Below, one piece after another: positions 36,901-50,024 of a DNA stretch of 64,000 nt; position 1 is the first letter of the stretch; every line of letters starts with the position of its first letter. The stretch comes from Amphiscolops sp. MND2022 (Eukaryota): the NCBI GenBank assembly GCA_964187785.1, contig OZ076413.1, positions 49,354,001-49,418,000 of the forward strand, written 5' to 3'. The position numbers were made by a program, and so were the translations under genes. The notes beneath the pieces are model-generated. The model saw only the letters and a list, made by a program, of their open reading frames with translations, did no database searches and had not been told where the DNA came from.

Positions 36901-38045
36901 AAATTCCAACGCCTGAAAAACTGCTCTAATGTGACGTAGGATGCTATATCCGAACTTTGGAAGCGTTTTCTGAACAAGAAAGGCACCCTTTGGGTGTATT
37001 GACACTTCATATTAGTTTTTCATAAAAAAAGTTCTGAGCATATTTCAAAATTTCTGCGCTTTTCAAGCCCTAAAGGGTACGTCAACTTGAGACGTTCCCG
37101 TCTTGTTTTTGTTTTAGTAGGACATTCATGGTCGTTTGACGAATCAGACGTTGCCCATTTCATGCAATCGGCTTTCTTGAATTGCTTCGGCCGTTGTTGA
37201 CTTGTTTTGCCAACTTCATCTCTTTCCATCACGAGGTCGTCATTTGAACGGGTAAAACGTCTGTTCTGCTATGTAGTTTGTTCCTCTCGGAGGTGAATGG
37301 CGGGTGGAGAAGCCTGTATAGTCAGTACAGTGGAAACGACGAAAAGTCATTATCTCGAACGGTCTTTGGCATTTAATGCTTTTTGGCCTAGGGCCCACAG
37401 GAATGTGTCGTTCCACAAATAGTGTTTTACGGTATACTGGCAAGATCCACCTGCAGTTCGTCAATTGTGCTAGATCAAAAACCCAGATCAGAGAGGCATT
37501 CCTAGTGTCATTCCTATATCAGAGAAGTCATATGCACTTAGGGAAAAACTGTGGCGGCGTAGATTCACCTAAAATATCAAAGTGAATGGGTTTTTGATCT
37601 AGCACAATTGACAAACTGCAGGTGGACCTTGCCGGTATACCGTAGAACACTATTTGTGGAACGACACATTCCTGTGGGACCTAGGCTAAAAAGCATTAAA
37701 TGCCAAAGACCGTTCGAGATAATGACTTTTCGTCGCTTCCACTGTGCCGACTATACAGGCTTCTCCACCCGCCATTCACCTCCGGGAGGAACAAACTACA
37801 TAGCAGAACAGACGTTTTACCCGTTCAAATGACGACCTCGTGATGAAAAGAGATGAAGTTGGCAAAACAAGTCAACAACGGCCGAAGCAATTCAAGAAAG
37901 CTGATTGCATGAAATGCGCAACATGTGATTCGTCAAACGAGCATGAATGTCCGACTAAAACAAAAACATGACGGGAACGTCTCAAGTTGGCGTATCCTTA
38001 AAAAGCGCAGAAATTTTGAAATATGCTCAGAACTTATTTTTATGA
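33914..38045. repeat. Complex array: ~1.3-kb direct units (starts 33914, 35206, 36511) with internal ~225-bp inverted arms, ending in a ~460-bp-arm fold-back
   Basis: TGGAGAAACTCCAAAACG recurs; arms 34693-34917 / 34981-35205; terminal arms ~37016-37490 / 37587-38045. Confidence 0.9.
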
Positions 38046-38058
38046 GAAAGCTTTATGG

Positions 38059-38212
38059 AGAAATTTATGAAGAAGAGCAAAGCAGCCACTCGAGTTTCAG
38101 AAATTCTACTGAAGCAAGTGCACCAGATACATGAATTCATGTATCTGGTTCACTTGCTTCAGTAGAATTTCTGAAAATCGAGTGGCTGCTTTGCTCTTCT
38201 TCATATATTTCT
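38059..38212. repeat. 154-bp spacerless palindrome centred on GAATTC
   Basis: 77-bp arms, 3 mismatches, centre at 38135/38136. Confidence 0.92.
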
Positions 38213-41200
38213 TTGATAAAATAATCTCGAAATAGTCCGCGTGAAGAGGTTTAGGTTTCTTTCATATAGAGCGTATGAAACATGAACATTAGGTGCTCTA
38301 AAGAAAGAATATCGATTAAGTTTTGGTTCTCATTACACACCGTTTCACTGCGTTTCAGTCTTGCTTGTTTCAAAAATTGCTTGTCACGAACATTGTGAAT
38401 GGTTGTATCTCCCTAAAAGTTGACAAGTGTTATAACTCTTGTCAAAGGGTCCTACTTTGCAAGGGTCGATGTTTCCTGTTCTGACTTCAAACAGTAATAG
38501 ATTCAAGTTGGCTTATGTTTCAACATTTTCATAGCAGGCGCTATAGGAAACAAGACGCCCGCTAAGCACGGGGATATTTTCCTCCCTTTTTGCCTTCATC
38601 ATTTGAGCCATAGCTATTTTGGGAGGGGAAAAGGATCTAAAGAATAAGATCTAAAATTTAGTGATTTTAGATCTTATTCCCTTTAGATCTTATTCCCGTC
38701 CTGAAATTTTAGATCTTATTCCCTTTGGATCTTAATCCCATCATTGACTTTAGATCTTATTCCCCCCTCCTACTAAAATAGTCAAGTGACTAAATAGTCA
38801 AGTAACTAAATAGTCAAGTGATGGAGCGTGGAGATTTGGCAGAATTTGGAAAAAACGCAACACAGATGATGATTTTCCTCCCCATTGAAAATGTGGGTCG
38901 GAAAATAAAAAACCCAAACGCAAAAAAGATAAGTAGAAAAATCAAGAATAACTCAATTGCTGAGCTGAAACTTCCAGCGATGACCTAACCCTTGTTATAG
39001 AAATCCTACAACTTTGTTTTAATATTGGAAAAAAATTTTCTCATGGTTTTCATGCTGCCAGGTATGATCATAACATGAGGTACATCCGTTCTTAGTAAAA
39101 GAGGCTGAAGCTCATCTCCGCAAGCTTATTGTAAAAATCGTGGGGTAATAATCTGAAATTCATATTAAAATTGCACTAGATCCGAGACTCATGCACGAGT
39201 TTATGATGAGTTAAAAGAGTCGTCTTGTTTCAGGTAGCGCTGGAATTGGGAAATGTGGCAAACTACTACTCTAAGAATGATGATAGAGGCGAGCTGGTTG
39301 TTTATGGATACAATGCCGTTTTCGATCGTCCGCCAGAGTGAGATATACGGAAAAGACTCACAGTGTCCAAGCTTTCAAATCAATGAAGCATAACAAATAA
39401 AACTACTCAATCTAATTCCTTGCAGCCTGAACTACTTATCTGAAAAGCAGACCAAACGAGATGGAACAAATTTTTTAAACCTTTCCTAGAGCCTTCTTTG
39501 TATCCCAAAGTTTTATGCGGGGAGTTAACCAAAGTTCTCTATTTCGCCTTCAACCGGTTGCGAAACAATATTATTCATATCAAATCCCTGTCCAATGGTA
39601 AAAATCCATCCCATTAATTTAATTTTTTTCCATTAAAGATTTTTGCAGTTTCATGTAGAGTTGAACATTTAGAGTTTTTTGCATCTTATTTAAAATATAG
39701 ATGTAGATATTTAAAATCAGATGCGTCCCTCCAGGCACTAGGCTTTTGGGTTTTGTATTTTTCTTCAGACCACAGAATGTGTCTGAATAGTTTTTTATCA
39801 GACTTTCAGCCAAGATCTCTAGACTATCCAGAGAGGCCACAAGATCCCCCTTTAACAATTTTACTTTTTAAAATGAAAATTCAACGCTGTATTAAACAAG
39901 ATGGTCCAATTGCTGGCACAACTAGACGTCCGCTGAGCAGCGATATACTTTCCACCCCAAACTGTTCTACAACTATATAAATTTGAGGCTCAAGAATAGC
40001 CAATGCACTATAAAAACGTTCGAAGAAAAGAAAGCTTTGATTCATCTTAGCCCATTTTAAAGGCAACACCTAATTTAGTATTTCCGCAATAGCTGCCCAC
40101 TTTTCGCATTTTCGGGACTATGCGACTTCCCGCGTCAAGAAAAACTTTTCGAAAAACATTTTTCAGAAATTTTAGTTTTTGAGGATTTCTGTAAAGAAAA
40201 TAAGTTCCCGAGTCTTGGGGGTGACCTCTTTATTACTTTCGATTCTTTGGAACTGATGAGTTTTCTTGATGATTGTGGAAAATGTCTCTTTTAATTTTTG
40301 ATTTTTGGGTCGTTCTCAGGTTTTCTTCAAACGTGGGAAACTGCAAAAACATTTTCCCTTGGAAGGTTTACTCCATATCTTGTGATTTTGCTTGGAACTT
40401 TTTGAATATTGAATATTTCACAAATAAGGTCGAAAAAGAATTTTACGTTTCCAAGTGAATTTTTTCAAAGTTGTGCAAAAAAACTTGTCTGATATCTTTC
40501 CGAAACACTACCGGTAGCTAATTGTTTCAATCCTGAGCATATGGGTTTTTGGATTGAAGTAAATTTGCGGAAAGGTTCCAAAGTAAATTCAGAAAATTCG
40601 GAAATTATGACTCCTTTGTTGTAAAGTCGAGGAACTTCATTCCACTTTCTTTCCGAAATTGAGATTTGAATATCATATTGTTTCAACGATCAGGTCAATT
40701 GAATTTCTATTCCACAAAACTTTCGTGGTTTGAACAAACGTTGGATTTATTTGTCAAAAACGTGCTTTTTGTCGTTTGTTAGATTTGGCGTGTTTTCGAG
40801 GTCAATTCCAAAAACATTTCAGTTACATCTTCAAAAATGCCTACTGGATACCGGAATTAGTCATTACTGAGTTTCTTTAAATCTCTTTATGCAAGGAAGT
40901 AGCCTAAAAAGTGTACAAAAAAGTGGACAAAAAAGTTTTTTAATACAAAAGTTTCAAGTTTTTTTCATTATTTGGGTCATTCTGAGGAAACATTCTGCGA
41001 AAAATGCGCAAATTTCTCATCAAAAAATGTGCTGCGGATATAATTTCATCATCTTAGGTTTTTCGAAGCTTTTATCATACCAACATTTTCTAATCTCAAA
41101 TAAAAATTCACTGTAACTGTCAAATCGGCAAAAAAATTTCACATTTTGACTTTTTGCGGTCAATTTCGAGCCATTTTCCAACCGAATTCTGCAAGTTTTT

Positions 41201-41496
41201 CCTCAAAAGCCTCCTGCATTACGAGTTCATTCATTTTGTTGAACGTTTGCCAACCCTGTGACTCCAAAACTATTCAAAAGATGAAGATTTTGAACTTTTA
41301 CGATTTATTGACTCATTTGGAGTCATTCTGAAGGGTTTCAGAAGCAAAACGCTGCAACGTGCTTTTCAAGTAATCTACTGCATAGCTTTTGTTCTTTTTT
41401 TGACTCTGTTAAAACTTATTGCGAAAGCTCTCGGAAAATGTACAGAAATTGCATCAAAAAGACAAAAACTTCAAAATTTTGGACAATTTCTGAGTC

Positions 41497-44400
41497 AATT
41501 TGAGGCGTTTTCTATTACAAATAGTGTTTCTCTCGACGAAAGCTCACTGAAACATTGAGTCGTTCCATTGTTTAGGGGTTTTCACATTCTAGTTCACAAA
41601 GTCAATCAATAAGTTGACAAAAACGGCATGAAAACTTTGAAAATTTGAAAATATTTGGGTTCTTTTATCAATTCGGGTGGCAATTCGAGATAATTTTCAA
41701 TTGGAAAACTGCCGTTATTTCTTCATAAAAGACTACTAGACAACAATTTTTTTCCTTGTGGACCTTTTTTAACATTCCAATCCACGAAGTCTGTCAAAAT
41801 ATGCATAAAAACTTTGAAAAATGAAAAGTTTCGAGTTTTTTGTCTAATGCGGTTTCAATTTGAGATTTTTTTCGACTCCAAAACCCAATTAAAATTTCGG
41901 AAAAGCCTACTTACTGGAGAACAAACTCGTTCCTTGTTGACTCTTCTCAGTCTTCGATGTGTGCCGAAAACTTGACAAAAATTGCATGAAAACTGTGAAA
42001 ATTTTGGGTTTTTTGAGATATTTTTCATTTAGAAAACAGCAATTATCTCTTCGGAAAAGCCTACTGGACAACAAATTCGTGCTTTGTTGAGCGTTTTCAA
42101 CATTTTAACCCACGATGTCAATCAAAAAATTGACGACAAGTGCATAAAAACGTTGAAAATTGGGAATTTTTTGAATTTTTGTTGTTTTCGGGGGCATTTT
42201 GGGTCATTATGGGGTCATTTTTGTCATTCCCAAAAAAGTCCAAAAATCTATACAAATACAAGCACGAAGCTAATTTGGTGAATTGAATTATTTGGGTAAC
42301 ACCCTTAAATTTGAGGATAAATTTTGTGCTTGGCAAATTTTGTAAAAAAAAAACAGTTTGATTTAAATATTTTCCTTTCTCATATGATTTATGGGCAGAA
42401 AATATGTATTTTTTTCATTTTCACCAGTTTACTTTTGGCTTCTGACATTTTCAGTTCCAGTATTTTTCGGCCAAGCGAGATTTTTAAAAATTTACATAAA
42501 AACATCCTCTTCAGTAAAACGTCGCCCACTTTTAAGCCTCATCTGGGATGTCAAATTAAGATGTTCTAGTATTGTTTGTTCACTCGTGCCACTCGTGCAA
42601 ATTTGCCCAATTATGCAGGTACTCGGGAAGTTTTTCAATGGAGATTTGCTAGCTTCTGGTTGTACAACGTTGAAGAAAAAAGTAAGTGTAAAGAAACTCA
42701 TGTAAAGAAACTGATTAAAAAGAGGTTAATAGTGAAATATATTTTTAAACTTTTCAAAAACTGCCTCTTCGCAACTTTTTGCTTTTTAGCCCGTTATTTG
42801 TAAAGTGTTGGATAAAAGCTTTAATCAACCAAGGAGCGATTAAAAGTAAGAAACAGAAGTGATGATTACCCGGGTTGACCCTCCATGGATATCTTAGTAA
42901 GATCTTGGCAAGATCTTGGAACAATCTTGGCTAAGATCTTGTCACGATCTTGCCATGGTCTTCATTTTGCCATGGTAAAATCTTACCAAGACAGGCATGT
43001 ATCCCAGATAAATCTTAAAAAGAAACCCAAGATGGCAAGAAAAACCTTACTAAGAAGCCCAAGATGGCAAGAAAAATTTGCTACGAACTGCTTAATATTG
43101 AGGAAAAAAGGATCAGAAAAACTTCAAATTAAATTAAACTGGAAATCCAAAACTCACTCAAATTTATAAAATACAAGACACATTTCAACCATTAGAAAAA
43201 CATCAAAATTTGAGACGTTTTCTATTACAAATAGTGCTTCTCTCGACGAAAGCTCACTGAAACATTGAGTCGTTCCATTGTTTAGGGTTTTTCACATTCT
43301 AGTTCACAAAGTCAATCAATAAGTTGACAAAAACGGCATGAAATCTTTGAAAATTTGAAAATATTTAGGTTCTTTTATCAATTCGGGTGGCAATTCGAGA
43401 TAATTTTCAATTGGAAAACTGCCGTTATTTCTTCATAAAAGACTACTAGACAACAGTTTTTTTCCTTGTGGACCTTTTTTAACATTCCAATCCACGAAGT
43501 CTGTCAAAATATGCACAAAAACTTTGAAAAATGAAAAGTTTCGAGTTTTTTGTCTAATCCGGTTTCAATTTGAGATTTTTTTCGACTCCAAAACCCAATT
43601 AAAATTTCGGAAAAGCCTACTTACTGGAGAACAAACTCGTTCCTTGTTGACTCTTCTCAGTTTTCGATGTGCGCCGAAAACTTGACAAAAATTGCATGAA
43701 AATTGTGAAAATTTTGGGTTTTTTGAGATATTTTTCATTTAGAAAACAGCAATTATCTCTTCGGAAAAGCCTACTGGACAACAAATTCGTGCCTTGTTGA
43801 GCGTTTTCAACATTGTAACCCACGATGTCTATCGAAAAATTGACGAAAATTGCATAAAAACGTTGAAAGTTGGGAATTTTTTGAATTTTTGTTGATTTCG
43901 GGGTCATTTTGGGTCATTATGGGGTCATTTTTGTCATTCCCAAAAAAGTCCAAAAATCTATACAAATACAAGCACGAAGCTAATTTGGTGAATTGAATTA
44001 TTTGGGTAACACCCTTAAAGTTGAGGATAAATTTTGTGCTTGGCAAATTTTGTAAAAAAAACCGTTTGATTTAAATATTTTCCTTTCTCATATGATATAT
44101 GGGCAGAAAATATGTAGTTTTTTCATTTTCACCAGTTTACTTTTGGTTTCTGACATTTTCAGTTCCAGTATTTTTCGGCCAAGCGAGATTTTTAAAAATT
44201 TACATAAAAACATCCTCTTCAGTAAAACGTCGCCCACTTTTAAGCCTCATCTGGGATGTCAAATTAAGATGTTCTAGTATTGTTTGTTCACTCGTGCCAC
44301 TCGTGCAAATTTGCACAATTATGCAGGTACTCGGGAAGTTTTTCAATGGAGATTTGCTAGCTTCTGGTTGTACAACGTTGAAGAAAAAAGAAAGTGTAAA

Positions 44401-44928
44401 GAAACTCATGTAAAGAAACTGATTAAAAAGAGGTTAATAGTGAAATATATTTTAAAACTTTTCAAAAACTGCCTCTTCGCAACTTTTTGCTTTTTAGCCC
44501 GTTATTTGTAAAGTGTTGGATAAAAGCTTTAATCAACCAAGGAGCGATTAAAAGTAAGAAACAGAAGTGATGATTACCCGGGTTGACCCTCCATGGATAT
44601 CTTAGTAAGATCTTGGCAAGATCTTGGCAAGATCTTGGAACAATCTTGGCTAAGATCTTGTCACGATCTTGCCATGGTCTTCATTTTGCCATGGTAAAAT
44701 CTTACCAAGACAGGCATGTATCCAAGATAAATCTTAAAAAGAAACCCAAGATGGCAAGAAAAACCTTACTAAGAAGCCCAAGATGGCAAGAAAAATTTGC
44801 TACGAACTGCTTAATATTGAGGAAAAAAGGATCAGAAAAACTTCAAATTAAATTAAACTGGAAATCCAAAACTCACTCAAATTTAGAAAATACAAGACAC
44901 ATTTCAACCATTAGAAAAACATCAAAAT
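41497..44928. repeat. Tandem duplication of ~1.71 kb (copies ~41497-43206 and ~43207-44928)
   Basis: AATTTGAG(G/A)CGTTTTCTATTACAAATAG recurs at offset 1710; duplicated ORFs in the track; copy 2 has one extra 11-bp unit. Confidence 0.93.
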
Positions 44929-45954
44929 CAACTGAATTATTTTTTTAAGATCGCGAAAATAAAATCTAACATCTAAAAGTCACAGAGTTTATCTAAAAAT
45001 CACAGGAATAAGATCTAAAACCACTGAATTGAGAACTGAAGCCACAAGATTATACATGGAATAAGATCTCAAATTCCCCAAAACGACATTTTCTCCAGTT
45101 TCATTCATAAAAAATCAATAAATGGACAAAAAACGTGTACTTCGGTTCTCATTTAAGTGGATGAAGATCTAAAACCATTGGAATAAGGACTAAAACCTCT
45201 GGAAGATCTAAAATTCATCAGAACAACAATATTTTCTTCAATTTCATACTGAAAACCCCTGAAAAAACCTTGTACCTTGGTTCTCATTGCACAGGAATAA
45301 GATCTAAAGCCACTGGAATAATAACTAAAATCACATGAATAAGGTCTAAAAGTCCTCAAAACGACGGTGATGTCCCCAATGTCATACAGAAAACTCATGA
45401 ATGGACCAAAAACCGTGTATGTCGGTACTTATTTCAGGGGGATAAGATCTTAAGCCACTGATCACTGAAATAAGGACTCAGATCTCTGGAATAAGATCTA
45501 AAACTCCCCCAAAATGTCAATACTTTCGCCAATTTCACCCCGAAAACCCCTAAAATATTCCAAAAAACCTTGTAGCTCGGTTCTCAATTCACCGTTGTAA
45601 GATCTAAAACCACTGGAATAAGGTCTAAAATTACATAGAACGACAATGATTTCTTCGATCTTATTCCAGAGAATTTAAATTTTTACAGGAAATCAAGGTC
45701 CAGGCTGAGAAATTGCGGAAAGACCCGGCAAAAGAATTATTATACGAATGTAGCTATTTTTATCACTCTTGATCGAAATTTTGAAATCTTAGAATTTTTT
45801 CAATCTTACTAAGATTCGATCTTGGAATAATGATACATCTTGGTAAGATCTTAGTAAGAATCTTGCCATGGGATCCATGGTTGCCAAGATGTAGTAAGAA
45901 TTTGGTAAGATCTTGCCAAGACAGCCAAGATACTAGTAAGAGGGTCAACCCGGG
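44577..45954. mobile_element. Non-autonomous TIR element with CAAGATCTTG subterminal repeats (left end duplicated at ~42868)
   Basis: 14-bp TIR CCCGGGTTGACCCT / AGGGTCAACCCGGG; TA on both flanks. Confidence 0.75.
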
Positions 45955-46025
45955 TAACTTGAGAATTTGAGGTTTGATTTTTTTTCAAATTATTGAGAAA
46001 TGTAAGGGCAGAGACCAATTGATGA

Positions 46026-46460
46026 GGTTACCACACAAAAGCGCCCCCGTCAAAAGCGCCCGAATTAGAGACTACAGAGGATTTGCTGACTCCTTTCTAC
46101 CACCAACCTCAAGTTCCTGACTCCAATTTAATAATTATCAGTTTTTCTTCTCAAACCAGTGCATTGACAAAATGATTCATTAACAAATTGATATAGTTCG
46201 TTCAGAAATTCCAAAAATAGCAGTTTGAGTCGTTTTTAATTGAGATTTGTTAGGTGTGAAAATTTCAAATTCCTTTCAAGATAAGTGATTTACCTTTCTA
46301 TTTGAACACCTTCAATTAGACTTATTTAGAGGCGGTGAAATTAACTAAAAAATCAGTCAGACGTTTTGCATTGGGGTGCATTTGACTGGGGCGCTTATGA
46401 CTGTGTAAAATGGGCGCTTTTGACTGGCGCTTTTGTCTGGGGCGCGTTTGTGTGTACACG
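46026..46460. mobile_element. MITE-like element with inverted AAAAGCGCC repeat clusters
   Basis: CACACAAAAGCGCCCC...GGGGCGCGTTTGTGTG; flanks ATTGATGA / CTTGATGT could be a decayed 8-bp TSD. Confidence 0.5.
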
Positions 46461-48029
46461 CTTGATGTATTGTCAACTTTTCTGGAGTTAACCCAGGTTT
46501 ACAAGTCATGACTTTCATCCATGATTCATCCATAATTTATAGGCTCACTAAAGAAACATATTTTGCAGCAAGTAATTGAAGCAGCTCAAAAAATAGATGA
46601 TGAAGTCAGTTTTTAACATTACATGGTTTCAATTTTTTAAGGTATTTGAAAAAAAAATGCAATATAAATATTTCCAGTTCCTTTATCTCTAAATTTCCAT
46701 ACAAGGCCCCACGCATTTTTTCCTGAAAGTTGTTCAGGGTCAATCTATAATTGAATACATGACTGTCACGACTTTCTTAATTAGCCAAATCAGCCTCCTT
46801 ACTAGCTGCGACGCATGTAATTCCAGTGATGTCAAATGCATTGAGGAAAAACATAACTACTTCTTGTGTGCCTATACATACACGTTGTGCGTGTACTTGT
46901 ATGTTTATAGTAGAAGCAAAGCAAATGGGATTTGAACTTCTCCTGGAATTTGAACAACAAAGGCTCTAATTGTGGCTTGTTAGCGAAAGAGCGGCCGCCG
47001 GCATTTGGGGCTACTTGTGTGAGTGGAGAACAGTTGTGAAATTGTGGCGTTCACTAATTGCATTATTGGCTGTAAATAGGAGTAAATTGGATTTTTCAAA
47101 TGCAGAAGAATGGAGAGCACGTGCAGCTAGATGCGACACTTCTCGACCCAATCAGGGACCATTCAGCCCATTGGGCATATACACTTAACCTAAATAAGTG
47201 CCCCAGGTGAGCTGCGGGTAGGGGGTAAAACAGAACAGGGATAAAGGGGCACAAGTTGACATGACACGATAACTTCGTTCATTCATAGCCTCACATACAA
47301 GTATATGTACCATTCTCAACGTTGTTTCATTGACTGAGGCTTTTTACGATGAGTCATTGATCTGGGTATAACATTATCACTATTTGAATGTTCAAATTTA
47401 ATGCCTTGAGGGTTTATGTCAAGCTTTATCCACAGATATATGTCAGGATTTTGGTGTCCATATTTGTAGTGCGTTATCGTTTTGAAAAAAAGAAAGTTCT
47501 CGAAGAAAAAAAATGGAAGAACATAGGTTTGGAGAGCATTCTGGAAGTTCACGTACACTAGAGTGCCAAAACTTTTTTAAAGCAATATGTTTGAAGCGAT
47601 TCGAATCATTCCTTTTGGGTAAGCATTTGACAAAAATGTTTCAAATGAACAAATACTTCTGTCCCTTTTTAAATTATCAATTTTGAATAAAATCTAACAG
47701 TCAGGTCTACAAAGTTTAAAAGAAGCATTCTTCGAGGTTTTCACAAGATGCTTTGAAGTTTAGAAAACCTCAAAAATAAAAGTGATATTTTTTATCTTAA
47801 TTCGATTTTACAAAAGATAATTGTAATTTGGTTGAGACCTGAGACTTTTGCTGTTGATGTTCTTAGAAATCGCAGGTTTTCGAAAATTTTGATATTGGAA
47901 ACGCCATTAGAAAATGATCTTAGAGCTTCGTTTGAACAAATCATGGTTATGCATACACATCTGTTTTCTTAGCATCAAAAGAAACGAATTGATAATAATG
48001 ACCTGTTGGAGGTCAAATGGTGGCATGTC

Positions 48030-48076
48030 TTGATCAGTCAAAAATTTGATCAGTCAAAAATTTGATCAGTCAAAAA
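48030..48076. repeat. 16-bp tandem repeat x3 (TTGATCAGTCAAAAAT)
   Basis: Directly visible. Confidence 0.9.
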
Positions 48077-50024
48077 GATTGGTTTACGCTTGGATTGTTT
48101 CAAAACATGAAAAATCGAAGAAGGAGCGTAAATCAATCTTTTTCGACTGATGATGAAACTTAATGCACTAAATTTCCAAATACAAAAGACTGTAGTTTTT
48201 GGCACTACTTTTCATTTTTTTTCTGGTTTTTGAGCAATGAGCTTAAAGATCTTGAAACTCATTGCTCGGAAACCAGAAAGAACTAGTCTTTTGTTTTAGG
48301 AATTTTAGTGCGTTTCATTATTTTTTTCATTATTTTTTTTCCTTATTTTTTCATTATTTTGATTATTTTTTGTTTTATTATTTTTTCATCCAAAACGAGA
48401 AACCACACAGAATTCCTTATAGTCCTCAAAATTTTATCATCTGGAAGTTGTTTGATTTTTTAAACCTTCTTGTTAAAATAGTTTAACATCCCAATTACAA
48501 ACATTTTTAATGCTATGATTAAAAGAATATGAAGCCTAGTCAGACGTTTTCAAACTGCTTGCATTGCATTTTTGTGCTGTTTAAATTCGTGATGGTTTTT
48601 TCTTCGAGGCATTTTTGGTCATACCGCCGCGTGTTTGGAGAACATAAAACTGGGCGAGCAGAGTTGGAGAGCAGAAAGAAACAGTTACATTGGCAAAATG
48701 CACGAAATGGTAAAATTATGATAATGTTGCGAGGCTGTTTCGGAATCAAAACATTTTCTCCCGGTATCAAAGTGCTAATTTTCGCATAATTTGTACATTT
48801 CTATTCCCAACGGTGGTCGCAAAATGAAAATTTTGGCGGCGTTTTGTAACAATTTTCCCTCTTTTATAATCCGAGGAGAAAAGATTTTCAAGAGTAGGGG
48901 GATTTTTATGGCTAATTAATGTCAATGTAATAGTGTCCGTCTAATAATTGGGAAGAAAATCCCAGAGCCGCGGGAAGTCTTAGGAGAGCTTTTAAAAGGA
49001 GTAAAAACAGGTCTTGTTTGTTGCATTGTTTGCACTTATAAAAGCCACTCCAATCATTTTATATACTGCTCACAATGCACTTCTGAAAAGACTCCTTTCA
49101 GGCAATTTATGCGCAAATAATTCAATTGACGTTCTCTCTTCAATAAACCCACAATTATACCCAACACACACCATTTACTATACATTCTATGCACATATGT
49201 ATAGAAATCAGTGATCGTGGGACTTCAAAAAACATAATCACAATTTTGACTCAAGAAGGCGCCATTTGGCTAATTAACAAAAAATATGAAAAAAAAACGC
49301 AAAATATTTCATCCAGGAAATAACTTCTCAGTTTTTCTCGATGTTCTTTTCTCTTACTGTTGATATTTAGTCTCGTAATCAAATAATTTCGCCAACTTTT
49401 CCAATTTTCCGCTCCAATGATTTTTATTATTCCTTTTCATGGGGCCATAAATCACTTGAAAACGCAAAATACTGGAACAAATGAAAGCGGGAGCTAAAAT
49501 AAAACGACCGTTAAAATTTAATGCTGGAATGGAAACCGAATTCAAAATTAGATTACTTGCATTCGGATTTCATTCATCACTTTCACGGGAAAACTATTCC
49601 GTTCACAATTCTTTGTTGGATGCGTGACAAAAATTTTGTTCCAAATGCTCCGCGGTGAACGCAGAAATCATTTTTTTTCAGAAACAGTTGGAAGATTTCG
49701 ATGACTATTATCCATTATGATGATTTTTTATAAAAAAAAGTGTGCTTTTTTTCTTAAAAGAAGACATCATAATGAATAATGGTCACCAAATCTTTCAACT
49801 TTTCCTGGAACAAATCTTATTTTCTAATCTGAAATGTCACATGGATACATAGAAATGGTTTTCAGTTCGATAATAAAAAGAAAAAATCCGGACTCCGGAT
49901 CTAAATTAAATGCTAACTAAACTTTAAACCAAATTCTTCACTACCAACTTTCGGAAAATTCATTCGTTCAATAACTAGTTTAATTATTTCAATAACTAAA
50001 ATTCAACATGTTTCTTATTCACCC

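Noticed and set aside
33914..38045. Repeated short ORFs (e.g. CMKCATC) as a gene family, or a CRISPR-like array
   Set aside because: ORFs vary by frameshift between repeat copies; no repeat-spacer structure; eukaryotic context
38630..38765. GGAATAAGATCTAAA motif clusters (also ~29290-29480 and 45000-45670) as the ends of one large element
   Set aside because: No TIR or TSD could be defined; treated as a dispersed degenerate repeat
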